NCBI GenBank assembly: GCA_965207065.1
Contig: OZ242260.1
Coordinates: forward strand, 1,792,001-1,856,000
Reading direction: 5' to 3'
Source: a bacterium
GTDB taxonomy: Bacteria; UBA8248
Length of the DNA: 64,000 bases
The notes under the pieces are model-generated. The model was not told the DNA's origin. It saw nothing but the letters and a program-made list of their open reading frames with translations, and did not search any database. This document shows, piece after piece, positions 18,424 through 29,191 of the stretch (the stretch's first letter is position 1; the number at the start of each line of letters is the position of its first letter). The position numbers and the translations under genes were made by a program.

Positions 18424-19425
18424 ATGACTCCCCGCATACTCGTCTCCACCACGCCGTTTGGGGAAATCGACCCCAAGCCCGTCGAGATGCTCGAAAGCGC
18501 AGGGGTGGAGTTCGTGCGCAACACGCTGGGCAAGCGGCCGAACGAAGATGAATTCGCCGATATGATACGCGATGGCTTCGACGCCGTCATCGCGGGTCTG
18601 GAACCATTCAACCCGAGAATACTGGATCTGGCGAAGGGTCTTCGCTTTATATCGCGCGCCACGGTGGGCCTCGAGACGGTGGACCTGAACGCCGCCCGCG
18701 AGCGGAACATTCTCGTTGCGAACACCCCCGGGGCCAACTCGCAAGCCGTGGCGGAACTGACGCTGAGCCACCTGCTCTCGCTCCTGCGGGGCGTACATCA
18801 CTCTCATGACGCGCTATTGCGCGGCGAGTGGCTCCAGTACATGGGCCGCACGCTCGATGAGATCACCCTGGGCGTCATCGGCGTGGGGCGCATCGGCAAG
18901 CGGGTGATACGCCAGGCATCGGGCTTCGGGGCGAAAATCATCGCGAACGATCTCGTTCCCGATGTCGAATTCGGCGAGCGCTACGGTGTGGAATGGGCCG
19001 AGAAAGAAGAAATCTACCGCCGCGCCGATGCTGTCTCCTTACACGTTCCTGCCACGCCGAAGACGATCCACATGGTGGGGGAAGACGAGATTACGATGAT
19101 GAAAAAAGGCGCTTTTCTCATCAACACGGCGCGCGGCGTCATCGTGGACGATGAGGCGCTCGCGCGCGCGCTGCGCTCGGGCCACTTGGGGGGCGCAGGC
19201 ATCGACGTTTTCCCCGAAGAGCCCTACCGGGGCGTACTCGTGGGCGCGCCCAACTGCATTCTCACCGCGCATCTCGGCGCAAGAGCGCGCTCCTCGCGTC
19301 TGCAAATGGAACTCGACGCGACGGAAAACGTCCTGTGCTTTCTGGCGGGCAAGCCGATTCCGGGACTCGTGCCGGATGAGGAATACGAGATGCAGCGCAT
19401 CATCACCGCCGACGCGAACGCGTAA
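18424..19425 (+). CDS. D-isomer-specific 2-hydroxyacid dehydrogenase (phosphoglycerate dehydrogenase-like)
   Basis: VANTPGANSQAVAE, GVGRIG, LINTARG, DVFPEEP, TAHLG. Confidence 0.9.
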   Translation: MTPRILVSTTPFGEIDPKPVEMLESAGVEFVRNTLGKRPNEDEFADMIRDGFDAVIAGLEPFNPRILDLAKGLRFISRATVGLETVDLNAARERNILVANTPGANSQAVAELTLSHLLSLLRGVHHSHDALLRGEWLQYMGRTLDEITLGVIGVGRIGKRVIRQASGFGAKIIANDLVPDVEFGERYGVEWAEKEEIYRRADAVSLHVPATPKTIHMVGEDEITMMKKGAFLINTARGVIVDDEALARALRSGHLGGAGIDVFPEEPYRGVLVGAPNCILTAHLGARARSSRLQMELDATENVLCFLAGKPIPGLVPDEEYEMQRIITADANA

Positions 19426-19462
19426 ACCGGGAAAAGACTCTTCTAACAATTGGAGTTAATGA

Positions 19463-20227
19463 ATGCCCAGGACACCTGATTTTTTCGCGGGAAAAACCAT
19501 CATCGTCACCGGCGCAGCCAGCGGCATCGGAAAGGAGACCTCGCTCATTTTCGGGCGCGAGGGAGCCAACGTCTTCTGCGCGGACCTGGATGAGGAAGGC
19601 GCCGCCGATGTCGCCGAGCGCGTTACGGAGAACGGAGGCCGGGGCGTTCACATGAAGGTGGACGTCACCTCGCGCGAAGAAGCGTTCGACATGACGAGGC
19701 GCGCCAAGGAGAGGTTCAGCCGGGTCGATTTTTCGCTCAATTCTGCAGGCGCCGCTCTGCGCCGTTCTGATTTTTTAGGAATAGAAGACGACCTGTGGGA
19801 GCGGACGTTCGACCTGAACGTCAAGGGTGTTTTCTACTGTATGCAGGCCGCGATTCCCGAAATGCTCGAAAACGGCAGTGGCGTCATCGTCAACATCGGG
19901 AGTATGGCGCACAAGCGCGGAGGGCCGGGCCACTCGGTGCACTACGCGGCGGCCAAGGGCGCGGTGGTGACGATGAGCATGGGCGTGGGCCGCGAGTTTG
20001 CGGACAGGGGCATCCGGTGCATGTCCATATCGCCCGGACCCATCGACACGCCGTTTCACGACGTCTCCTCGGAGGAACTCAGGGAGTCGATGCGCGCTCA
20101 GATACCGATGGGCCGCTTCGGTACGCCGGAAGAGATTGGTGAGCTGGTGTTGTTCATGTGCTCGGATGCGTGCGGGTTCATGACGGCGGACACCGTGTAC
20201 GTGAACGGCGGCGGGGGCTGGAAGTAG
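19463..20227 (+). CDS. Short-chain dehydrogenase/reductase
   Basis: TGAASGIG, NSAG, YAAAK, PMGRFG. Confidence 0.9.
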   Translation: MPRTPDFFAGKTIIVTGAASGIGKETSLIFGREGANVFCADLDEEGAADVAERVTENGGRGVHMKVDVTSREEAFDMTRRAKERFSRVDFSLNSAGAALRRSDFLGIEDDLWERTFDLNVKGVFYCMQAAIPEMLENGSGVIVNIGSMAHKRGGPGHSVHYAAAKGAVVTMSMGVGREFADRGIRCMSISPGPIDTPFHDVSSEELRESMRAQIPMGRFGTPEEIGELVLFMCSDACGFMTADTVYVNGGGGWK

Positions 20228-20238
20228 GATGCGCTAGG

Positions 20239-20463
20239 TCATCTTCTCGAAAAAAGGTTCAAGAGCAGCGTCAGCACGATGCTGATCACGATGCAGGTCA
20301 CCACCGGGAAGGAAAAACTCCAGTTCTTCCCCCGCAAGTGAATGTCGCCCGGCAGTTTTCCGAGAAACGGAATCTTGGGCGCCAAGACGAACACTACTCC
20401 CAGGACCATCAGAACCGCGCCGAGCAGAATCAACGCTTTTCCAAAACCGCCGAAAGGCTCCAT
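20239..20463 (-). CDS. DUF2905-like small membrane protein
   Basis: Two hydrophobic helices flanking LGKLPGDI; FPVVTCIVIS. Confidence 0.8.
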   Translation of the reverse strand: MEPFGGFGKALILLGAVLMVLGVVFVLAPKIPFLGKLPGDIHLRGKNWSFSFPVVTCIVISIVLTLLLNLFSRR

Positions 20464-20478
20464 CTGCTATCTGTCCTC

Positions 20479-21543
20479 TTATGGGGATGTTTCGGTTTCC
20501 TCATCCTTCGCGGCGCCCTCCCAAAGATCCCGCTGGACCCCTTTGGGCAGCGCGACACCCAGATGCGAATACGCCGCCGATGGCGCGCGCCTGCCGCCGC
20601 GCGTTCTCTGTACGAAGCCCGCCCGCAGCAGGAATGGCTCCACCATGTCCACCAGGGTGTCCGTCTCCTCGTTCATGGTGGCGGCGATGGCCTCCACCCC
20701 CACCGGGCCGCCGCCGTATTGATCGATGATCGTTCTCAGATATTTCCTGTCCAGCGCGTCCAGACCCAACTCGTCCACGCCTTCCATGGCGAGCGCTTCG
20801 CGCGCACTGGTGAGGGTGATGGCGTCATCCCCACGCGCCTGGCAGAAATCGCGCGTCCAGAGCAGGAGGCGGTTCGCCGTGCGCGGCGTGCCCCGGCTTC
20901 TTCGTGCGAGTTCGTGTGCCGCCTCTTCTTCAATCGGAACTTCGAGACGAACGGCGCTCCGCAGGAGTATCTGCACGAGTTCTTCCTCGGAGTAAAAATC
21001 CACGTGGTAGACGAGATAGAAGCGTTCTCTCAGAGCGGCGGTCAGGGCGCCGGGGCGCGTCGTGGCGCCCACGGCCGTGAATATCTTGAGCGGGAAATTG
21101 ATGGTGCGGGCCATGGGTCCGCTATCGACGACGAAGTCCACGCGGTAGTCCTCCATCGCGGGGTAGAGGAATTCCTCCACCGCGCTGGGCATGCGGTGGA
21201 TCTCGTCGATGAACAGCACGTCTCCCTGCTGGAGGCCCGTGAGTATTCCCATGAGGTCGGCCGGTCTGGAGAGAGAAGGGCCGGAGGTCTTGACGAGGCG
21301 CGTTCCCATTTCCTCCGAGATGATGTGCGAAAGCGTGGTTTTCCCGAGACCCGGCGGCCCGTGGAAGAGAATGTGGCCCAGGGGCTCGTTTCTTCTGCGC
21401 GAGGCCTCGAGCGCAATGCGCAGTTTCGCCACCAGGTCGGTCTGGCCCACGTATTCTTCAAGCTGCGTGGGCCTCAGCGAGGTGAAGGTTCGCTCTTCCG
21501 CCGGGCTCGCCGCCTTCGCGCTCACGCGCCGCTCGATGACCAT
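20479..21543 (-). CDS. ruvB: Holliday junction branch migration helicase RuvB
   Basis: LRP..LEEYVGQ, GPPGLGKTTL, FIDEIHR, GATTR, RGTPR, RTRGGR. Confidence 0.97.
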   Translation of the reverse strand: MVIERRVSAKAASPAEERTFTSLRPTQLEEYVGQTDLVAKLRIALEASRRRNEPLGHILFHGPPGLGKTTLSHIISEEMGTRLVKTSGPSLSRPADLMGILTGLQQGDVLFIDEIHRMPSAVEEFLYPAMEDYRVDFVVDSGPMARTINFPLKIFTAVGATTRPGALTAALRERFYLVYHVDFYSEEELVQILLRSAVRLEVPIEEEAAHELARRSRGTPRTANRLLLWTRDFCQARGDDAITLTSAREALAMEGVDELGLDALDRKYLRTIIDQYGGGPVGVEAIAATMNEETDTLVDMVEPFLLRAGFVQRTRGGRRAPSAAYSHLGVALPKGVQRDLWEGAAKDEETETSP

Positions 21544-21553
21544 GGTTTTCTCC

Positions 21554-22189
21554 CTATCGGCTCAGCCGGAACACTTCCTGCAAGATGGCTTCGGCCTCCG
21601 CCTCAGCTCCCAGCGAGGCGACGGCGCGCTGGACAAGATTCTCTGCCTCGGGCGTTCGGTAGCCCAACTGCCCCACCAGCACGGCCATGACGTCGCCATG
21701 CAGAGGCGTGGCGTCGCGGTGTTCGTCCGATGGAACCTCGATATCGCGCGCCAGTTGAAGCTCCACAATTTCCTCTCTGAGCGTGGAGATTACCTGTTCG
21801 GCTTTTTTTCTGCCGATGCCGGGCAGTTTGGTGAGCATGACGGTGTTCGCCGTCGCGATGGCTTCTGCGATCTGAAGGGGAGGGAGGCTCATCGCCCGCA
21901 CCCCGCTTTTGGGGCTGATGCCGGGCACTTTAATAAACGACAGGAAAAACGCTCTTTCTTCCGCTGAGAGGAAACCCACCAGCCGGGGCAGGAGCTGACC
22001 AGTGGCCACGTTTCCCTCCAGGTAATGATGGGTGTGGAGTTCCACCGCCTCGCGCGCGCTCATGAGCGCCTGTAGCTCATGCACCGCGTATCCGCCCACC
22101 TGTATTTCATACCCGATGCCGGCTGAAGTCTTGAGGATGACGCATTCGGCCTGGACGTCGATGATCTCCCCCGATATCTGTCGGATCAT
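21554..22189 (-). CDS. ruvA: Holliday junction DNA-binding subunit RuvA
   Basis: GIGYEI, HhH motifs VPGISPK and LPGIGRKKA, C-terminal LGY; located between ruvC and ruvB. Confidence 0.92.
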   Translation of the reverse strand: MIRQISGEIIDVQAECVILKTSAGIGYEIQVGGYAVHELQALMSAREAVELHTHHYLEGNVATGQLLPRLVGFLSAEERAFFLSFIKVPGISPKSGVRAMSLPPLQIAEAIATANTVMLTKLPGIGRKKAEQVISTLREEIVELQLARDIEVPSDEHRDATPLHGDVMAVLVGQLGYRTPEAENLVQRAVASLGAEAEAEAILQEVFRLSR

Positions 22190-22719
22190 GCTTTACTCCC
22201 GACCGCCTGCTCACTTCTTAAGTAGCTGCGGTCGATGTGGCAATACGCCGCGGCAATGGCGTCGGCCACGTCTGGGGGTTCCGGCAAATCGTGCAATCTG
22301 AGTCGCTGCTGGACCATGTGCTGCACCTGCGCCTTCGTGGCGCGTCCGGCGCCGACGAGCGATTTCTTGATTTCGGTCGCCGAGTAGCTGACCACCGGAA
22401 CGCCCGCCTGCGATGCGGCGAGGAAGATCACCCCCCGCGCGTGTCCCATGATGATGGAGGTGCGGGGGTGCTTGTAGTGGCTGTAGAGGTTTTCCACGGC
22501 CATGACGTGGGGTTCGTTCGTCTCGATGATGTGAACGAGGTCCTTGTGCAACTCGTAGAGGCGCTTCTCTAGCGCCGCGTTTGAATCGCTCTTGAGGATG
22601 CCGCCATCCACCAGGCGCGGTTCGAATTCGCCATCGTCGAGGCGCAGGACGGCGTAGCCCGTGACGCCAAGGCCGGGGTCCACGCCCAGAACGCGGAATG
22701 TGTTTTCAGATTGCGTCAA
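22186..22719 (-). CDS. ruvC: Crossover junction endodeoxyribonuclease RuvC
   Basis: LGVDPG, AVENLY, GHARGV, EIKKSLVGAGRATKAQV, DVADAIA; TTG start. Confidence 0.95.
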   Translation of the reverse strand: MTQSENTFRVLGVDPGLGVTGYAVLRLDDGEFEPRLVDGGILKSDSNAALEKRLYELHKDLVHIIETNEPHVMAVENLYSHYKHPRTSIIMGHARGVIFLAASQAGVPVVSYSATEIKKSLVGAGRATKAQVQHMVQQRLRLHDLPEPPDVADAIAAAYCHIDRSYLRSEQAVGSKA

Positions 22720-22750
22720 AAGAAAACCCCACGGGCGGTGGGTTGTGCGT

Positions 22751-23500
22751 TTATGCGGATGCTTCCGCCATCTGTTCTTCGGAAATGTCGAAGTTCGCGT
22801 AGACGTTCTGCACGTCGTCGTTGTCCTCGAGCGCTTCCATGAGACGAAGCATCTGCTCTGCTTCCTTGCCCTCGAGCTTCACCGTCGATTTGGGCAGCAT
22901 GGCGAGTTCGGCCGATTCCGTCGGTATCTCGCTACTGTCGAGCGCCTCGCGCACGGACTCGAACGCATCCGGCGAAGTATGGATCTCGAACAAATCGTCG
23001 GTGGATTCGAAGTCCTCCGCCCCCGCTTCGAGCACGAGCTCCATGAGCGTTTCTTCATCCACGCTCTCCTGGGGGACGAGGAACAGGCCCTTTTTCTCGA
23101 AGTTCCATGCCACGGCGTTCGGCTCGGCCATGGTGCCGTTGTTCTTCGTCAGGATGTGGCGGATTTCCGCGCCCGTGCGGTTGCGGTTGTCGGTGAGCAC
23201 CGCGATGAGAATCGCCACCCCGTTGGGGCCGTAGCCCTCATAGGCGCATTCCTCATAACTCACGCCTTCGAGGTCGCCCGTTCCCTTGGCGATGGCGCGT
23301 GCGATGTTGTCCTGGGGCATGTTGGCCCCTTTCGCCGTCTGTATCGCCGTGCGCAGCCGGGGATTGCCGTCGGGGTCTCCCCCGCCGATCCTGGCCGCGA
23401 TGGTGATTTCCTTGATGAGTTTGGTGAAAATCTTGCCGCGCTTGGCGTCGAGTGCGCCTTTTTTCCGCTTGATGGTGCTCCATTTGGAATGACCGGACAT
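22751..23500 (-). CDS. yebC: YebC/PmpR family protein
   Basis: [41 protein letters not shown]. Confidence 0.97.
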   Translation of the reverse strand: MSGHSKWSTIKRKKGALDAKRGKIFTKLIKEITIAARIGGGDPDGNPRLRTAIQTAKGANMPQDNIARAIAKGTGDLEGVSYEECAYEGYGPNGVAILIAVLTDNRNRTGAEIRHILTKNNGTMAEPNAVAWNFEKKGLFLVPQESVDEETLMELVLEAGAEDFESTDDLFEIHTSPDAFESVREALDSSEIPTESAELAMLPKSTVKLEGKEAEQMLRLMEALEDNDDVQNVYANFDISEEQMAEASA

Positions 23501-23741
23501 GACGGGTACTCCTGCGATTCTCCTGCGGTGGGTTCTATCCCTCTCCATCCGAAGGGCATTCGTCCTCATGAGGCATTCTGACTATAATTTCTAGCATGGG
23601 GGGCGGTGGGAGTAAAGACTTGGGCCTGCCGGGTCCGGCCTCGAAGCGCCCCGCATGGACACCTCGTTGATGGGGTGATATTTTTCCGCCAGACGTTTCC
23701 AGGGAGGAAGGATTCTGAGTTCTCGAAAAACAGCAACTTCG

Positions 23742-24704
23742 ATGAATCCCGTAGAGCGGGGCGCGCGGACGCTTCGGATCGAAGCCGAGGCGCTCGCAGG
23801 GCTCATCGAGCGGCTGGACGGGGGGTTCATCCAGGCGGTCGATATCGTTCTGGGGTGCAAGGGCAAGGTCGCGGTCACCGGCATGGGGAAGAGCGGGCTG
23901 ATCGGGCAGAAGATTTCCGCCACCCTTGCGAGTACAGGCACGCCTTCTTATTTTCTCCATCCCGCAGAGGGCGTTCACGGTGATTTGGGTATGGTGACGA
24001 AAGAAGACGTCATCGTCGCGCTCTCCTACAGCGGCGAGACGGACGAGGTGGTGCGCATCCTGCCCGTCTTCGCCCGTCTGGGCACGCCGCTCATCGCCAT
24101 CACCGGAACCGGGAATTCCACCCTCTGGCGCGCCGCGCAGGCCGTTCTGAACATTCACGTGAAAGAAGAAGCCTGCCCGATTCAGCTTGCGCCCACGGCG
24201 AGCAGCACCGCCGCCCTGGCGATGGGCGATGCGCTGGCGATGGCCGTGCTGGAGGCGAGAGGGTTTCAGCCCGAGGATTTTGCGCGTTTTCATCCCGGCG
24301 GGGCCTTGGGAAAGAAACTCATTCGCGTGAAAGAACTGATGGTCACGGGCGATGACGTTCCGCAGGTGGAAGAAGCTGCTTCTCTGGACCGGGTCGTGCG
24401 CGAGATGAGCGCCAGGAGACTGGGGATGACGTGCGTGATGGGCATGGATCAGGAATTGCGCGGCGTCATCACGGACGGGGACTTGAGGCGCGCGCTGGAG
24501 AAAACCGAGGATTTGCCCGAGCTTACAGCCGGCGATTTGATGACGATCGATCCAACGACGATTGATCAGGATGAAATGGCCGCCGCGGCGGTTCAATTGA
24601 TGGAGGCGGGCGCCATAACATCCCTGGCAGTCACCGCCGGTGCGGATAAGCTTCTGGCGGGTGTGCTGCACCTCCATCATGTACTGCGCGCAGGTGTGGT
24701 ATAG
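23742..24704 (+). CDS. kdsD: KpsF/GutQ family arabinose-5-phosphate isomerase
   Basis: TGMGKSG, STGTPS, HGDLG, EACP..LAPTASS, FHPGGALG, two CBS domains. Confidence 0.92.
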   Translation: MNPVERGARTLRIEAEALAGLIERLDGGFIQAVDIVLGCKGKVAVTGMGKSGLIGQKISATLASTGTPSYFLHPAEGVHGDLGMVTKEDVIVALSYSGETDEVVRILPVFARLGTPLIAITGTGNSTLWRAAQAVLNIHVKEEACPIQLAPTASSTAALAMGDALAMAVLEARGFQPEDFARFHPGGALGKKLIRVKELMVTGDDVPQVEEAASLDRVVREMSARRLGMTCVMGMDQELRGVITDGDLRRALEKTEDLPELTAGDLMTIDPTTIDQDEMAAAAVQLMEAGAITSLAVTAGADKLLAGVLHLHHVLRAGVV

Positions 24705-24743
24705 ACGTATCCGAGCCTTTCTAGGGCCGTTTTTACGCCATCC

Positions 24744-25487
24744 TCACTTCCACCCCGAAGGTCCGAAAATCAAAAGAGCGAGCGCTGCGGCAATCATCAG
24801 CCCCAGGCCGCTCGCGTAGCCCAAAGCGGGCGGGATGCGTCCGCGGATCAGTCTTCCCATCAGGAATCCGGCGACGGCGGGCAGAATTGATACGGCGGAG
24901 CGCGCTGACTCGAAGGCCCCCAGTGCGCCCGAGCCGCTCAGGATGGCAATCTGAACGCTCGCGAACACCAGCGCGCTCGTATAGGTGAGCCGCATCATCC
25001 GGGCGCGGCCTGCGCCCATGCTGTCGAGATACATGATGCTTATGGGGTTGCCCGCGTATGAAAAGCCGCTCAGCCCGCCCGCAAAAAACCCGGCCAGATA
25101 GGTGAAGAAGGTCTCGTCGCGCATATCGAGTTGGACTCTCTGGCGCGAGATGCTGTAGATGGCGAACAAAAGGACGAGGACGCCCACCGACCACTTGAGG
25201 AACGTGGGCGGACTGGAGATCAGGGTCAGCACACCCACGGCGGCGCCCGCCGCACCCGCGCCCAGGTAAGGCATGAGGCGTTTGAGCGAGGGGGTGGGAA
25301 CGCCGCCTCCGATCGCGCGAATCGCCACCAGGATCAAGTTGGGCAGCGAGAGGGTGAGCACGGAATCGCGCACGCCGACGAGGGCGCCCAGCGCAGGCGT
25401 CGCCACGAGGCCGAAATCGATTCCTGCGGCTCCCTCCAGGAAGGCCGCGGCGAAAACAAGAAGCGTGATATCCCAGGTTGGCCACAT
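24744..25487 (-). CDS. TSUP family (TauE/SafE-like) membrane exporter
   Basis: About 8 hydrophobic segments; repeated G-rich motifs (EGAAGIDFGL, GGLSGFSYAG). Confidence 0.7.
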   Translation of the reverse strand: MWPTWDITLLVFAAAFLEGAAGIDFGLVATPALGALVGVRDSVLTLSLPNLILVAIRAIGGGVPTPSLKRLMPYLGAGAAGAAVGVLTLISSPPTFLKWSVGVLVLLFAIYSISRQRVQLDMRDETFFTYLAGFFAGGLSGFSYAGNPISIMYLDSMGAGRARMMRLTYTSALVFASVQIAILSGSGALGAFESARSAVSILPAVAGFLMGRLIRGRIPPALGYASGLGLMIAAALALLIFGPSGWK

Positions 25488-25505
25488 CGGTTCTGGTGAA
25501 TCCGG

Positions 25506-26489
25506 CTAGAGGTTCAACAGTCGCTGAATGTTCTTGTGCGAGACGTTCTCGTATTCTTCCTGGCTCAAACCCGACTGCCGGAGCGTTTCGACCGCATCGG
25601 TGTCCGTCATGTCGTAGGGCAGGTCCGTGCCCAGCACGACCCGGTCTCCTCCCATGACGTCCACCAGGAAGCGCACGACGGGCGGATGAAATACCAGCAT
25701 GTCCAGGTAGAAGTTCGAGCGCAGGTACTCGATGGGCGCGCGAGATATGTTCTTGCACTCGGGCCGCACCTTCCAGCCGTGTGCGAAGCGGCCGACCAGA
25801 TAGGGCACGGTTCCCCCGCCGTGCAGGAAGATGAAGGTGAGGTTCGGCAGCCTCTCGAAAATGCCGGAGAAGATGAGGCGCCCGATGCTGTTCGCGCTCT
25901 CCGTGGGGAAGCCGACGAGGTTGAACAGGTGGTAATCCTTCATCTGCGCCGCGCCCGCCGGATTGGCCGGATGGACGATGATAGGCACGTCCATGCCCGC
26001 AGCAGCCTCGTAGATGGGATAGAAACTCTCATCATCGAGGTACCGTCCGTTCACGTTCGTGCTCAAAAACCCGCCTTTGAGCCCCAGCTTGTTCACGGAG
26101 CGCTCCAACTCCTTCACCGAGAGGTCGACGTTCTGCGCAGGCAGCGATGCCAGGCCATGAAACTTGGTGGGGTGTTTCTCGATGATGCCGGCGTAGGCGT
26201 CGTTCGCCGCCTTGCAGAGTTCATCAGCCAGTCCGTCGTCTGCCCAGTAGCAGCCCGGGTTCGACGAGAAGGAGAGGATGTTCATGTCCAGGCTCATCTC
26301 GTCCATTGTCTCGAGCCTTAAGTCCACGTTGGTGAAAGGCTCGATGGGCGGATGCATCATGCCCTTGATGTCCACGATGCGTTTGCCCTCGGCGTTCGTG
26401 GTGAGCTTCACGCCGTATCGCGGGCCTTCTTTTTCCAGGATTTCAAAGTATTCATCGGGATATATGTGGCAATGAGCGTCGATGTGCAT
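25506..26489 (-). CDS. Amidohydrolase-2 family protein (ACMSD-like decarboxylase/hydratase)
   Basis: IDAHCH, IIVHP, HGGGTVP, LGTDLPY; GGAG RBS before ATG 26489. Confidence 0.85.
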   Translation of the reverse strand: MHIDAHCHIYPDEYFEILEKEGPRYGVKLTTNAEGKRIVDIKGMMHPPIEPFTNVDLRLETMDEMSLDMNILSFSSNPGCYWADDGLADELCKAANDAYAGIIEKHPTKFHGLASLPAQNVDLSVKELERSVNKLGLKGGFLSTNVNGRYLDDESFYPIYEAAAGMDVPIIVHPANPAGAAQMKDYHLFNLVGFPTESANSIGRLIFSGIFERLPNLTFIFLHGGGTVPYLVGRFAHGWKVRPECKNISRAPIEYLRSNFYLDMLVFHPPVVRFLVDVMGGDRVVLGTDLPYDMTDTDAVETLRQSGLSQEEYENVSHKNIQRLLNL

Positions 26490-26621
26490 TCTTATCGTCT
26501 CCATGATGGGAAAAGCCGAACCGGATTGTTAGCACCCGCGAATGAGGGGTGTCAATGATAAGGCGTCTTTCCGCCCGGTTGTGGATTCACAATTTTTTTG
26601 CTTCGGCTGGAGGTAGATAAG

Positions 26622-27398
26622 TCAGGGCTTGATGGCCCGGATGGTCGCGCTCGCGAGTTCAGGCGTGACGTAGGGTTTACGCCCAATGATTTCCACGTTG
26701 GCGAATCCGGCCTCGCGCAGCCCGGCAGTATAAGCATGCTCGCTGATTGCGCCCGCGATGCACGCGCACCAATCCTCGATGGAGGCTTCTGCGGATGACT
26801 CGGTGGTTTCGTTTCCGGCTGGTTCTCCCGCCCTGATGATGTCCGACACCACGAAACGCCCGCCCGGACGCAGTACGCGGAAAGATTCGCGGAACACGGC
26901 CGCCTTGTCCGGCGAGAGATTGATGACGCAGTTGCTGATGACGATGTCGACCGAGGCGTCTTCAATCGGCATGTCCTCCATCTCGCCCTTTCTGAACGAG
27001 ACGTTTTGAGCGCCCAGCCTTTGTCTGTTTTTCTCCGCTTTCTTCAGCATGGCGTCCGTCATGTCGAGGCCGACCACGCTTCCGCGCGGCCCCACCTCCT
27101 TCGCGGCAAGAAAACAGTCCAGCCCCGCGCCCGAGCCTAAGTCCAGCACAGTCTCGCCCGGCTTGGGATGAGCGTCCGCAATGGGATTCCCGCATCCCGC
27201 GTTGGCGCTCAGAACGTCACGAGGAAGCTCTCCCAAGTCTTCTTTCGCATATCCGATACTTTGGACGTTATCGGCGCCCATAGGCATCTCGGCGTCTGAG
27301 TCACCGCAGCAGGAAACCTCGCCCGCGGCGACCTTCGCATAAAGCTCGCGAACCGCGCTTTTGATTTCACCTGAATCGTCGCAGCATCCAGCGGACAT
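26622..27398 (-). CDS. arsM: Arsenite S-adenosylmethionine methyltransferase
   Basis: N-terminal CC pairs, [45 protein letters not shown]. Confidence 0.85.
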   Translation of the reverse strand: MSAGCCDDSGEIKSAVRELYAKVAAGEVSCCGDSDAEMPMGADNVQSIGYAKEDLGELPRDVLSANAGCGNPIADAHPKPGETVLDLGSGAGLDCFLAAKEVGPRGSVVGLDMTDAMLKKAEKNRQRLGAQNVSFRKGEMEDMPIEDASVDIVISNCVINLSPDKAAVFRESFRVLRPGGRFVVSDIIRAGEPAGNETTESSAEASIEDWCACIAGAISEHAYTAGLREAGFANVEIIGRKPYVTPELASATIRAIKP

Positions 27399-27928
27399 GG
27401 ATGGAACCTCCTCGTCGGTAGCATTCGGGCTTCGCGAATAGACGCCCCGAACTTGAGTAGGATAGCAAGGACGCGGGGGAGAGGGGAAGGGGGAATTCTT
27501 TCTGATGACGAGGGAATCGCGCCACACTTCCAAGTATGCCCGATGCCGCTAAATACGGTGCAGGTAGTCATTCCTCCCCGCTCGGAGCAGGGCGGTTCGC
27601 GAGCCGGGCGGATAACGTGTACATTGTATCCATCCATACCGTCTTCGTTTAGTTTTGGTATGAGCGCGCGCGGGTGGATGGCGGCCTGGTCATCGTCGGC
27701 GGGCTCTAGGAGATCGTGTCTACGACATCCGGCGGTGCAGTCGGAGCCATGCTTAGGCAGTTCTCGGGAATGAGCAAACCGCTCTTCATACTCTTCTGCC
27801 TCGAAACCAATTAGTCGGGAGCGGCCGACCAGGTCAGAATTAAGGACGGCTGGCGCGCATGCAGATATGGCCGATTTGATTCCTGTAATTCCGTTTTTTT
27901 CGGTAACCCAATCATTGAAAGGAAAATC

Positions 27929-28954
27929 ATGACTAGAATTTTTGTGCCGCAACCGATTCCGGAGGCCGCTGCCGCCAAGCTCGATACACTGGGCGAGGTG
28001 ACCACATATCCACATGTCGACCGAATGATCCCGGAATCAGAACTGCTGGAAGCCGTGCGTGACAAACACATACTGTTCGGTATCGGGGAGATCCCCTTCA
28101 ACGAGCGAGTGTTCGAGGCGGCGAAAGAGTTGCAGTTCGTCTCCGTCATGCACGGGTCGGCGAAGTTCATCGATTTTGCAGCGGCGACGCGGCGCAACAT
28201 TCCGGTCTCTGGGCAAAAAAGCATGACCCAGAAAACAACCGCGGAATTCACTTTTGCTCTTTTGATGGCGACGGCGTGGCGATTGCCGGAGGCGGATACG
28301 TTCCTCCGGGAGGACCGCTGGCGGCAGAATCAGTCGATGGCTTTCATGGGTACGCGCCTCTTCGGCAAGACGCTCGGAATCGTCGGGATGGGCCGGATCG
28401 GGCAACTGTTGGCGCGCAAAGCCGCCGCATGCGATATGCGCATTACCTACAACAAGCGCACCCCGCTGAGCCCGGCGGAGGAGTTCGTTCTGGGTTCAGC
28501 CGAATTCCGCACCCTGGACGATTTGTTCAGAGAGGCGGATTTCATCGCATTGACCCCGGCGCTCACCAAAGACACGGTGGGTCTCATCAATGAACACCTT
28601 ATCTCTCTCATGAAGCCGAGCGCTATTCTGATCAACACTTCGCGCGGACTCGTTCTGGACGAGGCGGCCCTGGAGAAAGCCCTGAGAGAAATGCGAATTC
28701 GGGGCGCCGGGCTGGACGTCTATCAGACCGAGGTACCCGAGCCCAACCCGGGGCCGATAGCGGGGCTTAAAGATCTGCCGAATGTCGTTCTTACCCCGCA
28801 CATGGGGAGCGCGGGCCGCGAGACGCGCGAGGAGATGGCCTTGCGTACTGTGATGAATATCGAGCGCTTCATCGCCGGCAAGCGGCCGTATGACGTTTTC
28901 AACCCCGAAGTTTACGGCAAGGCGGCCATTACGGGAGACGAGGTCATCGGATAA
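27929..28954 (+). CDS. D-glycerate dehydrogenase / glyoxylate reductase family
   Basis: TTAEFTFALL, GMGRIG, LINTSRG, GLDVYQTE, TPHMGSA. Confidence 0.88.
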   Translation: MTRIFVPQPIPEAAAAKLDTLGEVTTYPHVDRMIPESELLEAVRDKHILFGIGEIPFNERVFEAAKELQFVSVMHGSAKFIDFAAATRRNIPVSGQKSMTQKTTAEFTFALLMATAWRLPEADTFLREDRWRQNQSMAFMGTRLFGKTLGIVGMGRIGQLLARKAAACDMRITYNKRTPLSPAEEFVLGSAEFRTLDDLFREADFIALTPALTKDTVGLINEHLISLMKPSAILINTSRGLVLDEAALEKALREMRIRGAGLDVYQTEVPEPNPGPIAGLKDLPNVVLTPHMGSAGRETREEMALRTVMNIERFIAGKRPYDVFNPEVYGKAAITGDEVIG

Positions 28955-29191
28955 CCGGCGAATCGGCTGTTTTACTTCCGGGAACCATTGCGCCTTGTAA
29001 TTATCGGCACTCCTCCACCTCTGAAACTTGCGGGTGTCCGCACTCATCGAGCTTCACCCGTGACCGGATGGCCGCCCGCAGAGACCCCTGCGGCGAGGCG
29101 AGCAGGGGTTCCCCGCTGCGGGTTGCGGGAAAAGCGCTTCCGTGCAAACTTGGGGCCGGACCGCCCCCTTTCCTCTATCACGCGTTGAGAC

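Noticed and set aside
27399-27928. Possible gene remnant or ArsR regulator in the 530-bp gap upstream of arsM
   Set aside because: No frame gives a recognisable protein motif by eye.
28955-29190. Possible structured RNA (6S-like) upstream of polA
   Set aside because: Only local GC hairpins; no long terminal pairing or central bubble could be supported.
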